Shown here in pieces: positions 1 through 10,281 of a DNA stretch of 64,000 nt. Position 1 is the first letter of the stretch, and each line of letters starts with the position of its first letter. The DNA comes from an uncultured Devosia sp. (lineage in GTDB: Bacteria; Pseudomonadota; Alphaproteobacteria; Rhizobiales; Devosiaceae). The stretch is taken from assembly GCF_913055165.1 (NCBI RefSeq), contig NZ_CAJXJS010000015.1:276-64275 (forward strand). The letters run 5' to 3'. The notes under the pieces were generated by a model. That model searched no databases. It was not told where the DNA came from and was given only the letters and a program-made list of their open reading frames with translations. The translations under genes were made by a program, and so were the position numbers.

Positions 1-1614
1 ATCCTCCGCGCTCTCCGCCTGGTGCTACTGGCCCTGCCGTTCCTGCTGCTGCCGAACAGCGCCATCCGCGCGCAGGAGGCAGCAACCGACATTCCGGCCG
101 CGATCCAGGCCATGGGCGAAGCAAGTCTCAAGGAACTGCAGCAGATCGTCGCCGACCTCGCCGCCACCGGCAGCGATAGCGTCGTTCCCGCCCTGACCGC
201 CCTGGGCGCCGGCAATCTCTACCTCGACGAAACTTCCGGCACCGTGCTGATCGAACGCGGCTCGACCTATCTCGACCCGATTTCCGGCGAACCCGTGGAA
301 CTGGGCGCCGATGCCGACCTTTCAAAAATCCGCGTCAATAACGGCCTGAGGCGCGATATCGCCGCCGCCCTCGCCGGCATGACATTGATGAGCGACAATC
401 CATCGCGTCGCCTCACGGCTGCGCAGGGCTTTCTGGCCAATCCAGACCCGGCCAACATCCCGCTGCTCGACGAAGCCATTGCCGCCGAAACCGACGCCAA
501 TGTGCTCAAGGCCATGCAGGCGGCGCGCGCTGTGACCATCCTGGGCGACGGCGAGCAGAGCGTTGAAGACCGGCAGGCCGCCGTGCCGCTCGTCGCCTCG
601 GGCGCCGGTCGCAACGCCTTGACCATTCTCAACTCTGCGCTCAATGGCGCGCCAGAAGAGCTGGTGCCTACAATTCACTCGGCCATCGCGGGCCTTGAAC
701 AGGAACGCGCCATCTGGGGCGCCCTGCAGAATGTCTGGTTTGGCCTGTCACTAGGCTCCGTGCTGTTGCTGGCCGCCATTGGCCTGGCCATCACCTTCGG
801 GGTCATGGGCGTCATCAACATGGCGCACGGCGAAATGGTGATGCTGGGCGCCTACACCACATTCATCGTGCAGCTTGTCATCCGCCAGAATTTTCCGGGC
901 CTGCTCGACTATTCCCTGCTCATCGCCCTGCCCTGCGCCTTCCTCGTCACCGGGGCGATCGGTGTCGGCATCGAACGCGGCATCATCCGCTGGCTCTATG
1001 GCCGGCCGCTGGAAACCCTGCTCGCCACCTGGGGCCTGTCGCTGATCCTGCAACAAACGGTGCGCTCGATCTTCGGGCCAACCAACCAGATGGTGATCGC
1101 CCCAACATGGATGGCCGGCTCGACTGAATTCTTCGGTCTTTCCATCACCTATGGCCGCTTCTGGATCGTGATTTTCGCGCTGATCGTCTTCTTCATGCTG
1201 CTGCTGATCCTCAACCGCACACCGCTGGGCCTGCAGATGCGGGCGGTGACGCAGAACCGCCGCATGGCTTCGGCCATGGGCATCCGTACCCCCTTTGTCG
1301 ACGCCATGACTTTTGGCCTCGGTTCCGGCATTGCCGGTCTCGCCGGCGTAGCCCTGACCCAGATCGACAACATCTCCCCGAACCTGGGGCAGAACTACAT
1401 CATCGACAGCTTCATGGTCGTCGTGTTTGGCGGGGTGGGTAATCTCTGGGGCACGCTTGTGGGCGCGCTGACGCTGGGCGTCGCCAACAAGTTCCTCGAA
1501 CCCTATGCCGGCGCAGTGCTCGGCAAGATCCTGATCCTCGTCCTCATCATCCTCTTCATCCAGCGGCGTCCGCGGGGCCTGTTCGCCCTCAAGGGCCGGG
1601 CGGTGGAACAATGA
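1..1614 (+). CDS. urtB: Urea ABC transporter permease UrtB, 5'-truncated by the window edge (frame open from base 1; ORF track starts at GTG 22)
   Basis: C-terminal LivH-type permease (GLSLGSVLLLAAIGLAITFGVMGVINMAHGE) with a long N-terminal periplasmic extension. First gene of a 4-gene run upstream of urease. Confidence 0.92.
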   Translation: MLRALRLVLLALPFLLLPNSAIRAQEAATDIPAAIQAMGEASLKELQQIVADLAATGSDSVVPALTALGAGNLYLDETSGTVLIERGSTYLDPISGEPVELGADADLSKIRVNNGLRRDIAAALAGMTLMSDNPSRRLTAAQGFLANPDPANIPLLDEAIAAETDANVLKAMQAARAVTILGDGEQSVEDRQAAVPLVASGAGRNALTILNSALNGAPEELVPTIHSAIAGLEQERAIWGALQNVWFGLSLGSVLLLAAIGLAITFGVMGVINMAHGEMVMLGAYTTFIVQLVIRQNFPGLLDYSLLIALPCAFLVTGAIGVGIERGIIRWLYGRPLETLLATWGLSLILQQTVRSIFGPTNQMVIAPTWMAGSTEFFGLSITYGRFWIVIFALIVFFMLLLILNRTPLGLQMRAVTQNRRMASAMGIRTPFVDAMTFGLGSGIAGLAGVALTQIDNISPNLGQNYIIDSFMVVVFGGVGNLWGTLVGALTLGVANKFLEPYAGAVLGKILILVLIILFIQRRPRGLFALKGRAVEQ

Positions 1615-1654
1615 TCGCCTTGTCCATTTGCCCGCTGACAATCGGAGGCTGCTC

Positions 1655-2863
1655 ATGCTGACCCAAGCCCTGTTCCGCGCCCTGGACAAGAAAGCCGTCT
1701 GGGTCATCGGCATCTTCCTGGCCGTTGCGATCCTCGTGCCCATGGCCAATCTGCTGATCCCGCCGGGCCAGTTCGGCCATGTGCCGACCTACCTGGTCTC
1801 GCTGATGGGCAAATATCTGGCCTATGCGATACTCGCCTTGGCGCTCGATCTGGTCTGGGGCTATTGCGGCATTCTCTCGCTCGGGCATGGCGCCTTCTTC
1901 GCCCTCGGGGGCTATGCCATGGGCATGTACCTCATGCGCCAGATCGGCAGCCGCGGCGTTTATGGCAACCCGGTGCTGCCTGACTTCATGGTGTTCCTGA
2001 ACTATTCCGAACTGCCCTGGTTCTGGCTCGGCTTCGACAATTTCTGGTTCGCCATGCTCATGGTCGTGTTCGTGCCGGGCCTGCTGGCGTTCGTGTTCGG
2101 TTTCTTCGCCTTCAGAAGCCGCGTCACCGGCGTCTATCTCTCCATCATCACCCAAGCGATGACCTTCGCCCTGCTGCTCGCCTTCTTCCGCAACGACATG
2201 GGCTTTGGCGGCAATAACGGGCTCACCGATTTCAAGGACATTCTCGGCGTTCCCGTGCAGGCGCAAACGACCCGTGCCACACTGTTTGCCGCCACCGCCA
2301 TTACCCTGGCGCTCTCGGTGCTGGTCTGCTCGCTGATCGTCAATTCCAAGCTGGGCAAGGTGATGGTTGCTGTGCGAGACGCCGAAAGTCGCACCCGGTT
2401 CCTCGGCTATCGCGTCGAATATGTGAAGCTCTTCGCCTTCACCGTATCGGCCATCATGGCGGGCATCGCCGGCGCCCTCTATGTGCCGCAGGTCGGTATC
2501 ATCAATCCGTCCGAGTTTGACCCGGCCAATTCCATCGAGGTGGTCATCTGGACCGCCGTTGGCGGGCGCGGCACGCTGATCGGGCCGATCATCGGCGCCA
2601 TTGTGGTCAATCTGGGCAAATCCTGGTTCACCACAACCCTGCCCGAGCTGTGGCTGTTTGCACTGGGTGCCCTCTTCATCTTCACCACCCTGTTCCTGCC
2701 CAAGGGCATTGTCGGGCTGTGGAACCAGATCTTCGGCGCCCGGAAAACGGTCGCTGCGGGCGATCAGCCTGAGGCCCCGACGCCTGAACAATCCGCCGAT
2801 ATCGAGCGGGGGGAAGACCCGTCCAGTTTCGGCCACGAAGCCCAACCGAAGCCCGCGGAGTAA
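1655..2863 (+). CDS. urtC: Urea ABC transporter permease UrtC
   Basis: LivM-type permease (ALDLVWGYCGILSLGHGAFFALGGYAMGMYLMRQIG). ATG at 1655 preceded by GGAGG. Confidence 0.92.
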   Translation: MLTQALFRALDKKAVWVIGIFLAVAILVPMANLLIPPGQFGHVPTYLVSLMGKYLAYAILALALDLVWGYCGILSLGHGAFFALGGYAMGMYLMRQIGSRGVYGNPVLPDFMVFLNYSELPWFWLGFDNFWFAMLMVVFVPGLLAFVFGFFAFRSRVTGVYLSIITQAMTFALLLAFFRNDMGFGGNNGLTDFKDILGVPVQAQTTRATLFAATAITLALSVLVCSLIVNSKLGKVMVAVRDAESRTRFLGYRVEYVKLFAFTVSAIMAGIAGALYVPQVGIINPSEFDPANSIEVVIWTAVGGRGTLIGPIIGAIVVNLGKSWFTTTLPELWLFALGALFIFTTLFLPKGIVGLWNQIFGARKTVAAGDQPEAPTPEQSADIERGEDPSSFGHEAQPKPAE

Positions 2864-2866
2864 GCC

Positions 2867-3616
2867 ATGAGCGCCCATACCGACACCATGCTCTATCTCG
2901 ACGGCGTCTCGGTAGCCTTTGACGGCTTCAAGGCCATCAACAATCTGTCCATCATCGTCAAACCCGCCGAAATGCTGGCGATCATCGGGCCCAACGGGGC
3001 GGGCAAGACCACGATGATGGACATCATAACCGGCAAGACCAGTCCCGACGCCGGTCAGGTTCTGTTCGATGGCCGAACCGATCTCACCAAGCTGGACGAG
3101 GCGGCGATCGCCAATCTCGGCATCGGCCGCAAGTTCCAGAAGCCGACGGTGTTCGAGAGCCATACGGTCTGGGACAATCTCGAAATGGCGCTGAAAAAGC
3201 CACGCGGCATCTTCAGCACCTTGTTCTACACAGCGAGCGAAGATGACATCGCCCGGATCACCGAAATCCTCGAGACGGTTCGGCTCATCGCCCGCAAGGA
3301 TGAACTGGCCGCAAATCTCAGCCACGGCCAGAAGCAGTGGCTCGAAATCGGCATGCTGCTGGCCCAGGACCCCAAGCTGCTGCTGGTCGACGAGCCGGTC
3401 GCCGGCATGACTGACAGTGAAACCGAAGAGACAGCGAAATTGCTGCGCGAGATTTCGCAGACCCGCTCGGTGGTCGTGGTGGAACACGACATGAGTTTTG
3501 TGCGCGACCTGGGCTCTCGCGTCGTCTGCCTTGCCGAAGGATCGGTGCTCGCCGAAGGCTCGCTCGATCAGGTCAGCGCCAATCCCGTCGTCATCGAACG
3601 CTATCTGGGGAGGTGA
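2867..3616 (+). CDS. urtD: Urea ABC transporter ATP-binding protein UrtD
   Basis: Walker A GPNGAGKT, LSHGQKQWLEIGMLL signature, Walker B LLLVDE. Confidence 0.93.
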   Translation: MSAHTDTMLYLDGVSVAFDGFKAINNLSIIVKPAEMLAIIGPNGAGKTTMMDIITGKTSPDAGQVLFDGRTDLTKLDEAAIANLGIGRKFQKPTVFESHTVWDNLEMALKKPRGIFSTLFYTASEDDIARITEILETVRLIARKDELAANLSHGQKQWLEIGMLLAQDPKLLLVDEPVAGMTDSETEETAKLLREISQTRSVVVVEHDMSFVRDLGSRVVCLAEGSVLAEGSLDQVSANPVVIERYLGR

Positions 3617-3618
3617 GG

Positions 3619-4323
3619 ATGACAGCTGCACTCTCAATCAATGCCATCGACCTGCATTACGGCGCTGCCCAGGCGCTCAAGGGCATTTCCATCACCTGCC
3701 AGCCGGGCAAGATCACCGCTGTGCTGGGCCGCAATGGCGTGGGCAAGTCATCCACCCTCCGCGCCATCACCGGCATCAACCACATCTCGGCGGGCGAGAT
3801 AACCTTTGGCGACGATGTGCTCAAACGCTCGCCCCCCTACAGGCGGGCGCGCATGGGCATCGGCTATGTGCCGCAGGGTCGCGAGATTTTTCCACTGCTT
3901 ACGGTCAAGGAAAATCTCGAAACCGGCTATGCCGGCCTGCCCCGATCCGAGCGCAACGTCCCCGAATACATTTTCGAGCTGTTTCCAGTTTTGAAGTCCA
4001 TGCTGGGCCGCCGGGGCGGCGACCTCTCTGGCGGACAGCAGCAGCAATTGGCGATCGGCCGGGCCCTCGTCACCCGGCCCAAGGTCCTCGTGCTGGACGA
4101 ACCCACCGAAGGCATCCAGCCCTCGATCATCAAGGATATCGGCCGCGCCCTGCAATTCCTGCGTGACGAGAAGGGCATGACCATCCTCTTGGTCGAACAG
4201 TTCCTCGATTTCTGCCGCGAGATTGCCGACGACATTTATGTGATGGACCGAGGCGAGATCATGCACACCGGTCCAGCCGCCGATCTCGACCTGCCCGAGG
4301 TTAGGCGGCACCTGATGGTCTAG
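3619..4323 (+). CDS. urtE: Urea ABC transporter ATP-binding protein UrtE
   Basis: Walker A GRNGVGKS, LSGGQQQQLAIGRAL, DEPTEGIQPSII. Confidence 0.93.
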   Translation: MTAALSINAIDLHYGAAQALKGISITCQPGKITAVLGRNGVGKSSTLRAITGINHISAGEITFGDDVLKRSPPYRRARMGIGYVPQGREIFPLLTVKENLETGYAGLPRSERNVPEYIFELFPVLKSMLGRRGGDLSGGQQQQLAIGRALVTRPKVLVLDEPTEGIQPSIIKDIGRALQFLRDEKGMTILLVEQFLDFCREIADDIYVMDRGEIMHTGPAADLDLPEVRRHLMV

Positions 4324-4333
4324 GCCTGCACAC

Positions 4334-4368
4334 AAAAAGAAGCGCCCGGCCAAAGCCGAGCGCCTCTT
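4334..4368 (-). terminator. Rho-independent terminator for the minus-strand gene 4389-4724
   Basis: Minus strand AAGAGGCGCTCGGC-TTTG-GCCGGGCGCTTCTT forms a 14-bp stem (2 G-U pairs) and runs into a U-tract. No U-tract follows on the + strand. Confidence 0.8.
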
Positions 4369-4388
4369 AGTTGGACGTGAGGTCCAAA

Positions 4389-4724
4389 TTAGTCGTCGAG
4401 CCAGCCGTCGGCCTGGCAATCCTGGAGGGTGACAATGTCCAGATCGACCGAAGTGGCAGTTTCGGACTGGGTTGCCGGAACGTCATCAATGGTCGCGTCG
4501 CCAGCAACGGAGGGTTCGCTGCCATCATCCTCGGGTTCCGGCTGGACGTCCGAAAGAGACTCGGTTTCGGCCGCCAGCTGCAGGTCGGCGCAGCGGGCTT
4601 CCACAGCGGCCACATCATTCTCGGCAACAGTCTGGGTGCCAATCATCATGCCCTGAGCGAATGCGGGGGCCGCAACCATACCGGCGGCAAGGGCGACAAC
4701 GGAAAGAGCAGATTTAATGGTCAT
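4389..4724 (-). CDS. Hypothetical secreted acidic protein (111 aa)
   Basis: Sec-type signal peptide (MTIKSALSVVALAAGMVAAPAFA), acidic body, two Cys, upstream GAGG, own terminator. Confidence 0.75.
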   Translation of the reverse strand: MTIKSALSVVALAAGMVAAPAFAQGMMIGTQTVAENDVAAVEARCADLQLAAETESLSDVQPEPEDDGSEPSVAGDATIDDVPATQSETATSVDLDIVTLQDCQADGWLDD

Positions 4725-4803
4725 CTTGATATAACCTCTTGAAAATTATCTCTGAAAGAGCACTTGCTCAGCCCCACAACGGACCCAAAGCAGGATCGTT
4801 GCA

Positions 4804-5646
4804 GTGAATTCGCCAAAACCAGAAATCGTGAACGGACCGATCTTGCAGCGCGCGCGCGGCATCGGCCGCATCGCGGCCAAGCAGGATGGCGACCGCACGC
4901 GGCTGGAGACGCTGTTTCAAGAAGGCTGTGGCAAGATCCGCCTGCCGAACACGCATTCACACAGCCTGGAGGCCGTTCTCATCAACACGGCCGGTGGAAT
5001 CACCGGCGGCGATCATCTGCAGTGGAGCGCCGAGCTGGCGCCGGGCGGGCACATGGTCCTGACCACCCAGGCCTGCGAACGCAGCTATCGCTCCACAGGG
5101 GATTTTGGCCGGGTGGAAACAGCGCTGCGCGTCGGCGCGGATGCGCATCTCGACTGGCTGCCTCAGGAAACCATCCTCTTTGCAGCCAGCAAGCTCGACC
5201 GGCGGCTGGAGGTCGAGCTGGATGAGGGGGCAACGCTCACCGCGATCGAAGCGGTGCTCCTGGGCCGCGACGCCATGGGCGAAGACGCCGCCGATGCTTT
5301 GTTGCGCGATAATTGGCGCATCCGCCGGAATGGCAGGCTGATCCATGCCGAGGCCACCCAACTGCAGGCAACCGCCGCGGAGCGCCACAGCGCCTCGCTG
5401 CTCGCGGGCAACCGCGCCTTTGCCACGGTTCTGCACGTAGCCGCAACGCCGGACCGGGCGGCGGCCATGGGCACGCGCATCCGCTCGTGCCTGCGGGGCG
5501 AAGGAAATATTGCCGCCAGCGTCAGCCAATCCCGCCTGGTCATACGTGCCATGGCCCCGACCGGGCTTGCCCTGCGCCGCATGATCGTACCAGTCTTGCT
5601 CGAACTCACTGCCGCGGGCAGCCTGCCCCGCCTCTGGCACCTCTAG
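4804..5646 (+). CDS. ureD: Urease accessory protein UreD
   Basis: LINTAGGITGGD, TTQACERSYRS, WLPQETILF motifs; lies directly before ureA. Confidence 0.92.
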   Translation: MNSPKPEIVNGPILQRARGIGRIAAKQDGDRTRLETLFQEGCGKIRLPNTHSHSLEAVLINTAGGITGGDHLQWSAELAPGGHMVLTTQACERSYRSTGDFGRVETALRVGADAHLDWLPQETILFAASKLDRRLEVELDEGATLTAIEAVLLGRDAMGEDAADALLRDNWRIRRNGRLIHAEATQLQATAAERHSASLLAGNRAFATVLHVAATPDRAAAMGTRIRSCLRGEGNIAASVSQSRLVIRAMAPTGLALRRMIVPVLLELTAAGSLPRLWHL

Positions 5647-5655
5647 GATGGCTCA

Positions 5656-5958
5656 ATGAACCTCACCCCCCGCGAAAAAGACAAGCTGCTGATCTCCATG
5701 GCCGCCATGGTGGCGCGCCGTCGCCTGGAGCGCGGCGTCAAGCTCAACCACCCAGAAGCCATCGCCCTGATTACTGACTTCGTCGTGGAAGGTGCGCGCG
5801 ATGGCCGCGCCGTGTCCGAACTGATGGAAGCCGGCGCCCATGTCATCAGCCGAGACCAGGTCATGGAAGGCGTTGCCGAGATGATCCACGACGTCCAGGT
5901 CGAAGCTACCTTCCCAGACGGCACCAAGCTCGTCACTGTTCACCAGCCGATCCGATAA
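5656..5958 (+). CDS. ureA: Urease gamma subunit
   Basis: [12 protein letters not shown]...KLNHPEA...[17 protein letters not shown]. Confidence 0.98.
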   Translation: MNLTPREKDKLLISMAAMVARRRLERGVKLNHPEAIALITDFVVEGARDGRAVSELMEAGAHVISRDQVMEGVAEMIHDVQVEATFPDGTKLVTVHQPIR

Positions 5959-5968
5959 GAGGCCAAAC

Positions 5969-6547
5969 ATGCTCAAGCGAAGCCTGCTCACACTGGCGAT
6001 TTCCCTGGCAGCCACCCTGCCCGCCTTTGCCCATCTCGATCCGGCAGAACATGGCTCCCTTGCTGCCGGCTTCAGCCATCCGCTGTTCGGCCTTGACCAC
6101 ATCCTGGCCATGGTGGCGGTTGGGCTCTGGGCGGCTCAACAGAGTGGCCGAGCCCTTTGGCTGGTTCCCGCCGCCTTTGTCGGCACCATGGCGCTGGGCT
6201 TTGCCTCGGCCATCGCCGGCATGCCCCTGCCCTTTGTCGAACCGGTCATCCTGGCATCGGTGATCTTCATCGGCATTGCCATCGCCCTGGCCCTGCCCGT
6301 TCCCACGCCTGCGATCGCCGCTATGGTCGGCTTCTTTGCCTTCTTCCACGGCCATGCCCATGGCGTTGAGCTGGGCGGTGCCGGCGCCTGGGAATTCGCA
6401 GCGGGCTTTATCCTCGCAACCGCCGTCCTGCATGCCGTGGGCATTGCTGCAGGCCTGTTACTGGCCCGATTCAGCGGCAAACTGCTGACGCGTATCGCCG
6501 GCGCAGCGACTGCGCTGGGCGGCATCTATCTGGCCATCGGCGGCTAG
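5969..6547 (+). CDS. ureJ: HupE/UreJ family nickel-binding membrane protein
   Basis: AGFSHPLFGLDHILAMVAVGLWA and FHGHAHG motifs. Confidence 0.9.
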   Translation: MLKRSLLTLAISLAATLPAFAHLDPAEHGSLAAGFSHPLFGLDHILAMVAVGLWAAQQSGRALWLVPAAFVGTMALGFASAIAGMPLPFVEPVILASVIFIGIAIALALPVPTPAIAAMVGFFAFFHGHAHGVELGGAGAWEFAAGFILATAVLHAVGIAAGLLLARFSGKLLTRIAGAATALGGIYLAIGG

Positions 6548-6556
6548 GAGGCCAGC

Positions 6557-6862
6557 ATGATCCCCGGAGAAATCATCCCTGCATCGGGCGACATCGAGCT
6601 CAATGCCGGTGCCGAACAGATCGTCATCGAAGTTGCTAATGCCGGCGACCGCCCTATCCAGGTTGGTTCGCATTACCACTTCTATGAAACCAATGCCGGC
6701 CTCCGCTTTGATCGCGACAAGGCGCGCGGCATGCGGCTGGACATCGCGGCAGGAACCGCGGTGCGCTTCGAACCAGGCCAATCGCGCGAAGTCCGCCTCG
6801 TCCCGATCTCTGGCGATCGCCGGGTATTCGGGTTCAGGCAACAGATAATGGGAGACCTTTGA
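6557..6862 (+). CDS. ureB: Urease beta subunit
   Basis: MIPGEI...[17 protein letters not shown]...[15 protein letters not shown]. Confidence 0.98.
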   Translation: MIPGEIIPASGDIELNAGAEQIVIEVANAGDRPIQVGSHYHFYETNAGLRFDRDKARGMRLDIAAGTAVRFEPGQSREVRLVPISGDRRVFGFRQQIMGDL

Positions 6863-6955
6863 CCGCGCGGGCGGGACGCAATTTGTCACCTCCGAGCATG
6901 GCGCTCGCTGGGGAAAGCTGGTTAAAGGGCACGTCTCAAGACCAAGGACCGTGCC

Positions 6956-7357
6956 ATGACCAGCGAACCCAGCAAGGAAGCCCAGTTCAAGCAGCGCTTC
7001 ATTTCCGTCGTTGCGGATTTGCAGCAGAACGGGATCAACGACCCCGAGGCCATGGCGCTGGTGGGCAGTCTCGCATCCGAACTGGCCGATGCGCTCAAGC
7101 AGAACAGCTGGGTGGGGGTGAAGCAGAACCTGACGCCCGAAATCTACAACGAAATGCTGGAGAGCTTCCGCAAGCGCGGCAATGAATACCACAAGGATGG
7201 CCGCACCAAGCATGCCTACGCCATCCAGCTTCTGAGTGTTTCGCTGGTCGCTGCGACCCAGCGGAACGACGCCGACATTGCGGCGGGCGAGCAATTGACC
7301 GATCAGTTGATCGAGCGCGCCGCAACGATCTATCGCCAGAACCGCTCAAGGCACTGA
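6956..7357 (+). CDS. Hypothetical helical protein (133 aa) between ureB and ureC
   Basis: Host-like codon usage, AAGGA upstream, co-oriented inside the urease cluster; family not recognised. Confidence 0.7.
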   Translation: MTSEPSKEAQFKQRFISVVADLQQNGINDPEAMALVGSLASELADALKQNSWVGVKQNLTPEIYNEMLESFRKRGNEYHKDGRTKHAYAIQLLSVSLVAATQRNDADIAAGEQLTDQLIERAATIYRQNRSRH

Positions 7358-7475
7358 TACCGCCCGGAGCGCGCCTGGTCAGCCACCGCGCTCCGAGCCC
7401 TTGAAAGCCCGGTTGCGACACGCCAAAGTCACACCCGGGAAGCCTTTGTTCCGGGGCAATTGAACGGGACACGAC

Positions 7476-9185
7476 ATGCCAGCACGGATCTCTCGCGCCA
7501 CCTACGCCGATATGTACGGCCCCACCACCGGTGACCGCGTCCGCCTCGCCGATACCGAGCTCTTCATCGAGGTGGAGAGGGACTTCACCACCTATGGCGA
7601 GGAGGTCAAATTTGGTGGCGGCAAGGTCATCCGCGACGGCATGGGCCAATCCCAGCGCAGCCGTGCCGAAGGCGCCGTTGATACCGTCATTACCAATGCA
7701 CTGATCGTCGACCATACCGGCATCTACAAGGCCGACATCGGGCTTAAAAACGGCCTCATCGCCGGCATCGGCAAGGCCGGCAACCCCGATACCCAGCCCA
7801 ATATCGACATCATCATCGGCCCCTCGACCGAGGCTATTGCGGGCGAAGGCAAGATCATCACTGCCGGCGGCATGGACGCGCATATCCACTTCATCTGCCC
7901 CCAGCAGATCGAGGAAGCGCTGATGAGCGGCGTCACCACCATGCTCGGCGGCGGCACCGGCCCCGCTCATGGCACGCTCGCCACCACCTGCACGGGTGCC
8001 TGGCATATCGAGCGCATGATCGAAAGCTTCGACGCGTTCCCGATGAACCTGGCCCTGGCCGGCAAGGGCAATGCCGCCGTTGCCGCGCCGCTCGAAGAGA
8101 TGATCCTTTCCGGCGCCTCCTGCCTCAAGCTCCACGAGGATTGGGGCACCACGCCGGCCGCCATCGACAACTGCCTCTCGGTTGCCGACGCCTTCGACGT
8201 GCAGGTGATGATCCACACAGACACGCTCAATGAGAGCGGCTTTGTCGAGGACACGGTGGGCGCCTTCAAAGGTCGGACCATCCACGCCTTCCACACAGAA
8301 GGCGCCGGCGGTGGGCACGCCCCGGATATCCTGAAGGTCGCGGGCCTGCCCAATGTCATTCCCTCCTCGACCAACCCGACCCGGCCCTACACGGTCAACA
8401 CCATTGCCGAGCATCTCGACATGCTCATGGTCTGTCACCATCTCGACCAATCCATTCCAGAAGACGTGGCCTTCGCAGAATCGCGCATCCGCAAGGAGAC
8501 CATCGCGGCCGAGGACATTCTCCACGACATGGGCGCGCTGTCGGTCATTTCGTCCGACAGCCAGGCCATGGGCCGCGTCGGCGAAGTGCTGATCCGCACC
8601 TGGCAGACGGCCGACAAGATGAAGCGCCAGCGCGGGCGCCTCCCGGAGGAAACCGGCGACAACGACAATTTCCGCGTCCGCCGCTATGTCGCCAAATATA
8701 CGATCAACCCCGCTATCGCCCATGGCATGAGCCAGCATATCGGTTCGGTCGAAGTGGGCAAGCGCGCCGATCTCGTGCTCTGGAACCCGGCCTTTTTCGG
8801 CGTGAAGCCGGAAATGGTGCTGCTTGGCGGCTCCATCGCCGCCGCGCCGATGGGTGACCCGAACGCCTCCATCCCGACCCCACAGCCCATGCATTACCGG
8901 CCCATGTTCGGCGCCTATGGCAAGCTGGTCAGCCGCTCCTCGGTGGTCTTCATTTCCCAAGCAGCCCACGACGCGGGTCTGCGCGGGCGCCTCGGCGTCG
9001 ACAAGCAATTGCTGCCGGTCAGCAATACCCGCTCCGGCATCGGCAAGGCCGCCATGAAGCTCAATACCGCCACGCCGAAAATCGACGTGCACCCGGAAAC
9101 CTACGAGGTCCGCGCCGATGGCGAATTGCTGACCTGCGAACCAGCTACGGTATTGCCCATGGCGCAACGCTATTTCATGTTCTGA
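7476..9185 (+). CDS. ureC: Urease alpha subunit
   Basis: Ni-ligand motifs [37 protein letters not shown] and SSDSQAMG are all present. Confidence 0.99.
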   Translation: MPARISRATYADMYGPTTGDRVRLADTELFIEVERDFTTYGEEVKFGGGKVIRDGMGQSQRSRAEGAVDTVITNALIVDHTGIYKADIGLKNGLIAGIGKAGNPDTQPNIDIIIGPSTEAIAGEGKIITAGGMDAHIHFICPQQIEEALMSGVTTMLGGGTGPAHGTLATTCTGAWHIERMIESFDAFPMNLALAGKGNAAVAAPLEEMILSGASCLKLHEDWGTTPAAIDNCLSVADAFDVQVMIHTDTLNESGFVEDTVGAFKGRTIHAFHTEGAGGGHAPDILKVAGLPNVIPSSTNPTRPYTVNTIAEHLDMLMVCHHLDQSIPEDVAFAESRIRKETIAAEDILHDMGALSVISSDSQAMGRVGEVLIRTWQTADKMKRQRGRLPEETGDNDNFRVRRYVAKYTINPAIAHGMSQHIGSVEVGKRADLVLWNPAFFGVKPEMVLLGGSIAAAPMGDPNASIPTPQPMHYRPMFGAYGKLVSRSSVVFISQAAHDAGLRGRLGVDKQLLPVSNTRSGIGKAAMKLNTATPKIDVHPETYEVRADGELLTCEPATVLPMAQRYFMF

Positions 9186-9269
9186 GCGCTCTTGCGCAGT
9201 CGCGCAATCGACATGAAGCTGGGATGGTGTGGGCAGAGCGAACCGAACTATCCCGCTGGAGACCAAGCC

Positions 9270-9689
9270 ATGACTGCGCGACTGCCACTCGCCGCTATTC
9301 TGACCGCTGCCCTGATCACTCCGGGGATGGCCCAGGATGACATCACCACCATCGCGACCGTGCCGACGCTGCCGCAGACGTCGGCGTCGCTGTCGCTCAC
9401 CCTGGAGAGCCAGGGCAATATCGAGCGCCGCGTGGTGACCTATCTTTGCGACGACGAGCAGGCGCTCTCAGTCCAATACCTCAACGCTGCGCCCAACTTT
9501 CTCGCCATCGTTCCCGTGGACGGCCAGAACCTGGTCTTTGCGACAACCATCTCTGCATCCGGCGCTCGTTATGTGTCGGGTCCCTATGAGTGGTGGAGCC
9601 ATCAGGGCGAGGCCACCCTGCGCGATCTCATGCAGGACGAGGACGCTGAACCCCTCGCCACCTGTACAGAAGCCAGCAACACCCCCTGA
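9270..9689 (+). CDS. MliC/PliC-family (lysozyme-inhibitor-like) exported protein
   Basis: Signal peptide, VTYLCDD..L.VQY, and the ISASGARYVSGPYEWWSHQGEATL motif (SASGARY is the MliC hallmark). Confidence 0.8.
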   Translation: MTARLPLAAILTAALITPGMAQDDITTIATVPTLPQTSASLSLTLESQGNIERRVVTYLCDDEQALSVQYLNAAPNFLAIVPVDGQNLVFATTISASGARYVSGPYEWWSHQGEATLRDLMQDEDAEPLATCTEASNTP

Positions 9690-10276
9690 TGGACCCATCG
9701 CCCCTTCCCGAGCTGTTTCCGCATGTGCGCATCGTCATGGGCACAGTCATTGGCCTGGCCATCACGCGGCTGCTGATGACCGTCGCGGGCATTATCCAGC
9801 ATCCGCAGCGGGGCAAGCGCTCCTTGCTGCACCTGCTCTGGATGGGTTCGATGTTGCTCGAGCTGATTCTGTTCTGGTGGTGGGAATTCGCCTTGCACCA
9901 GATCGAATTCTGGAGCTTCGGCCTGGTCCTGTTCATCATGACCTATGCCACCACGCTATTCCTGATGGCGGCCCTGCTGTCTCCCGACAGCGTCTCGGAT
10001 TACACCGGCTATGAGGATTTTTTCCTCAAGCGCCGCCACTGGTTCTTCGGCCTGCTGGCTGCAACCTTCCTGCTCGATACCATAGACACCCTGGTCAAGG
10101 GCCAGAACCACTGGTCGCGGTTCGACTGGAGCTATTTCAGCCAGGTTCCGCTGGGCCTGATGCTGTGCGTCATCGCCTGGCGCAGTGCCAGCCGCAACAT
10201 TCACCTGACCGTTGTAGGTCTCCACATTGCCTTCCAGGTCTTTCTTATCATCCGCTTCTTCAACACAGTCAGTTAG
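9689..10276 (+). CDS. Hypothetical integral membrane protein (195 aa)
   Basis: About 5-6 hydrophobic segments; start codon overlaps the upstream stop (TGATG). Confidence 0.75.
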   Translation: MDPSPLPELFPHVRIVMGTVIGLAITRLLMTVAGIIQHPQRGKRSLLHLLWMGSMLLELILFWWWEFALHQIEFWSFGLVLFIMTYATTLFLMAALLSPDSVSDYTGYEDFFLKRRHWFFGLLAATFLLDTIDTLVKGQNHWSRFDWSYFSQVPLGLMLCVIAWRSASRNIHLTVVGLHIAFQVFLIIRFFNTVS

Positions 10277-10281
10277 TGCCC

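Noticed and set aside
1589-3637. 682-aa minus-strand ORF, and similar long ORFs at 7095-9266 (-), 24169-25593 (+), 32211-33881 (+) and 59765-60814 (+)
   Set aside because: Antisense shadows of well-supported genes in GC-rich DNA, with no recognisable motifs.
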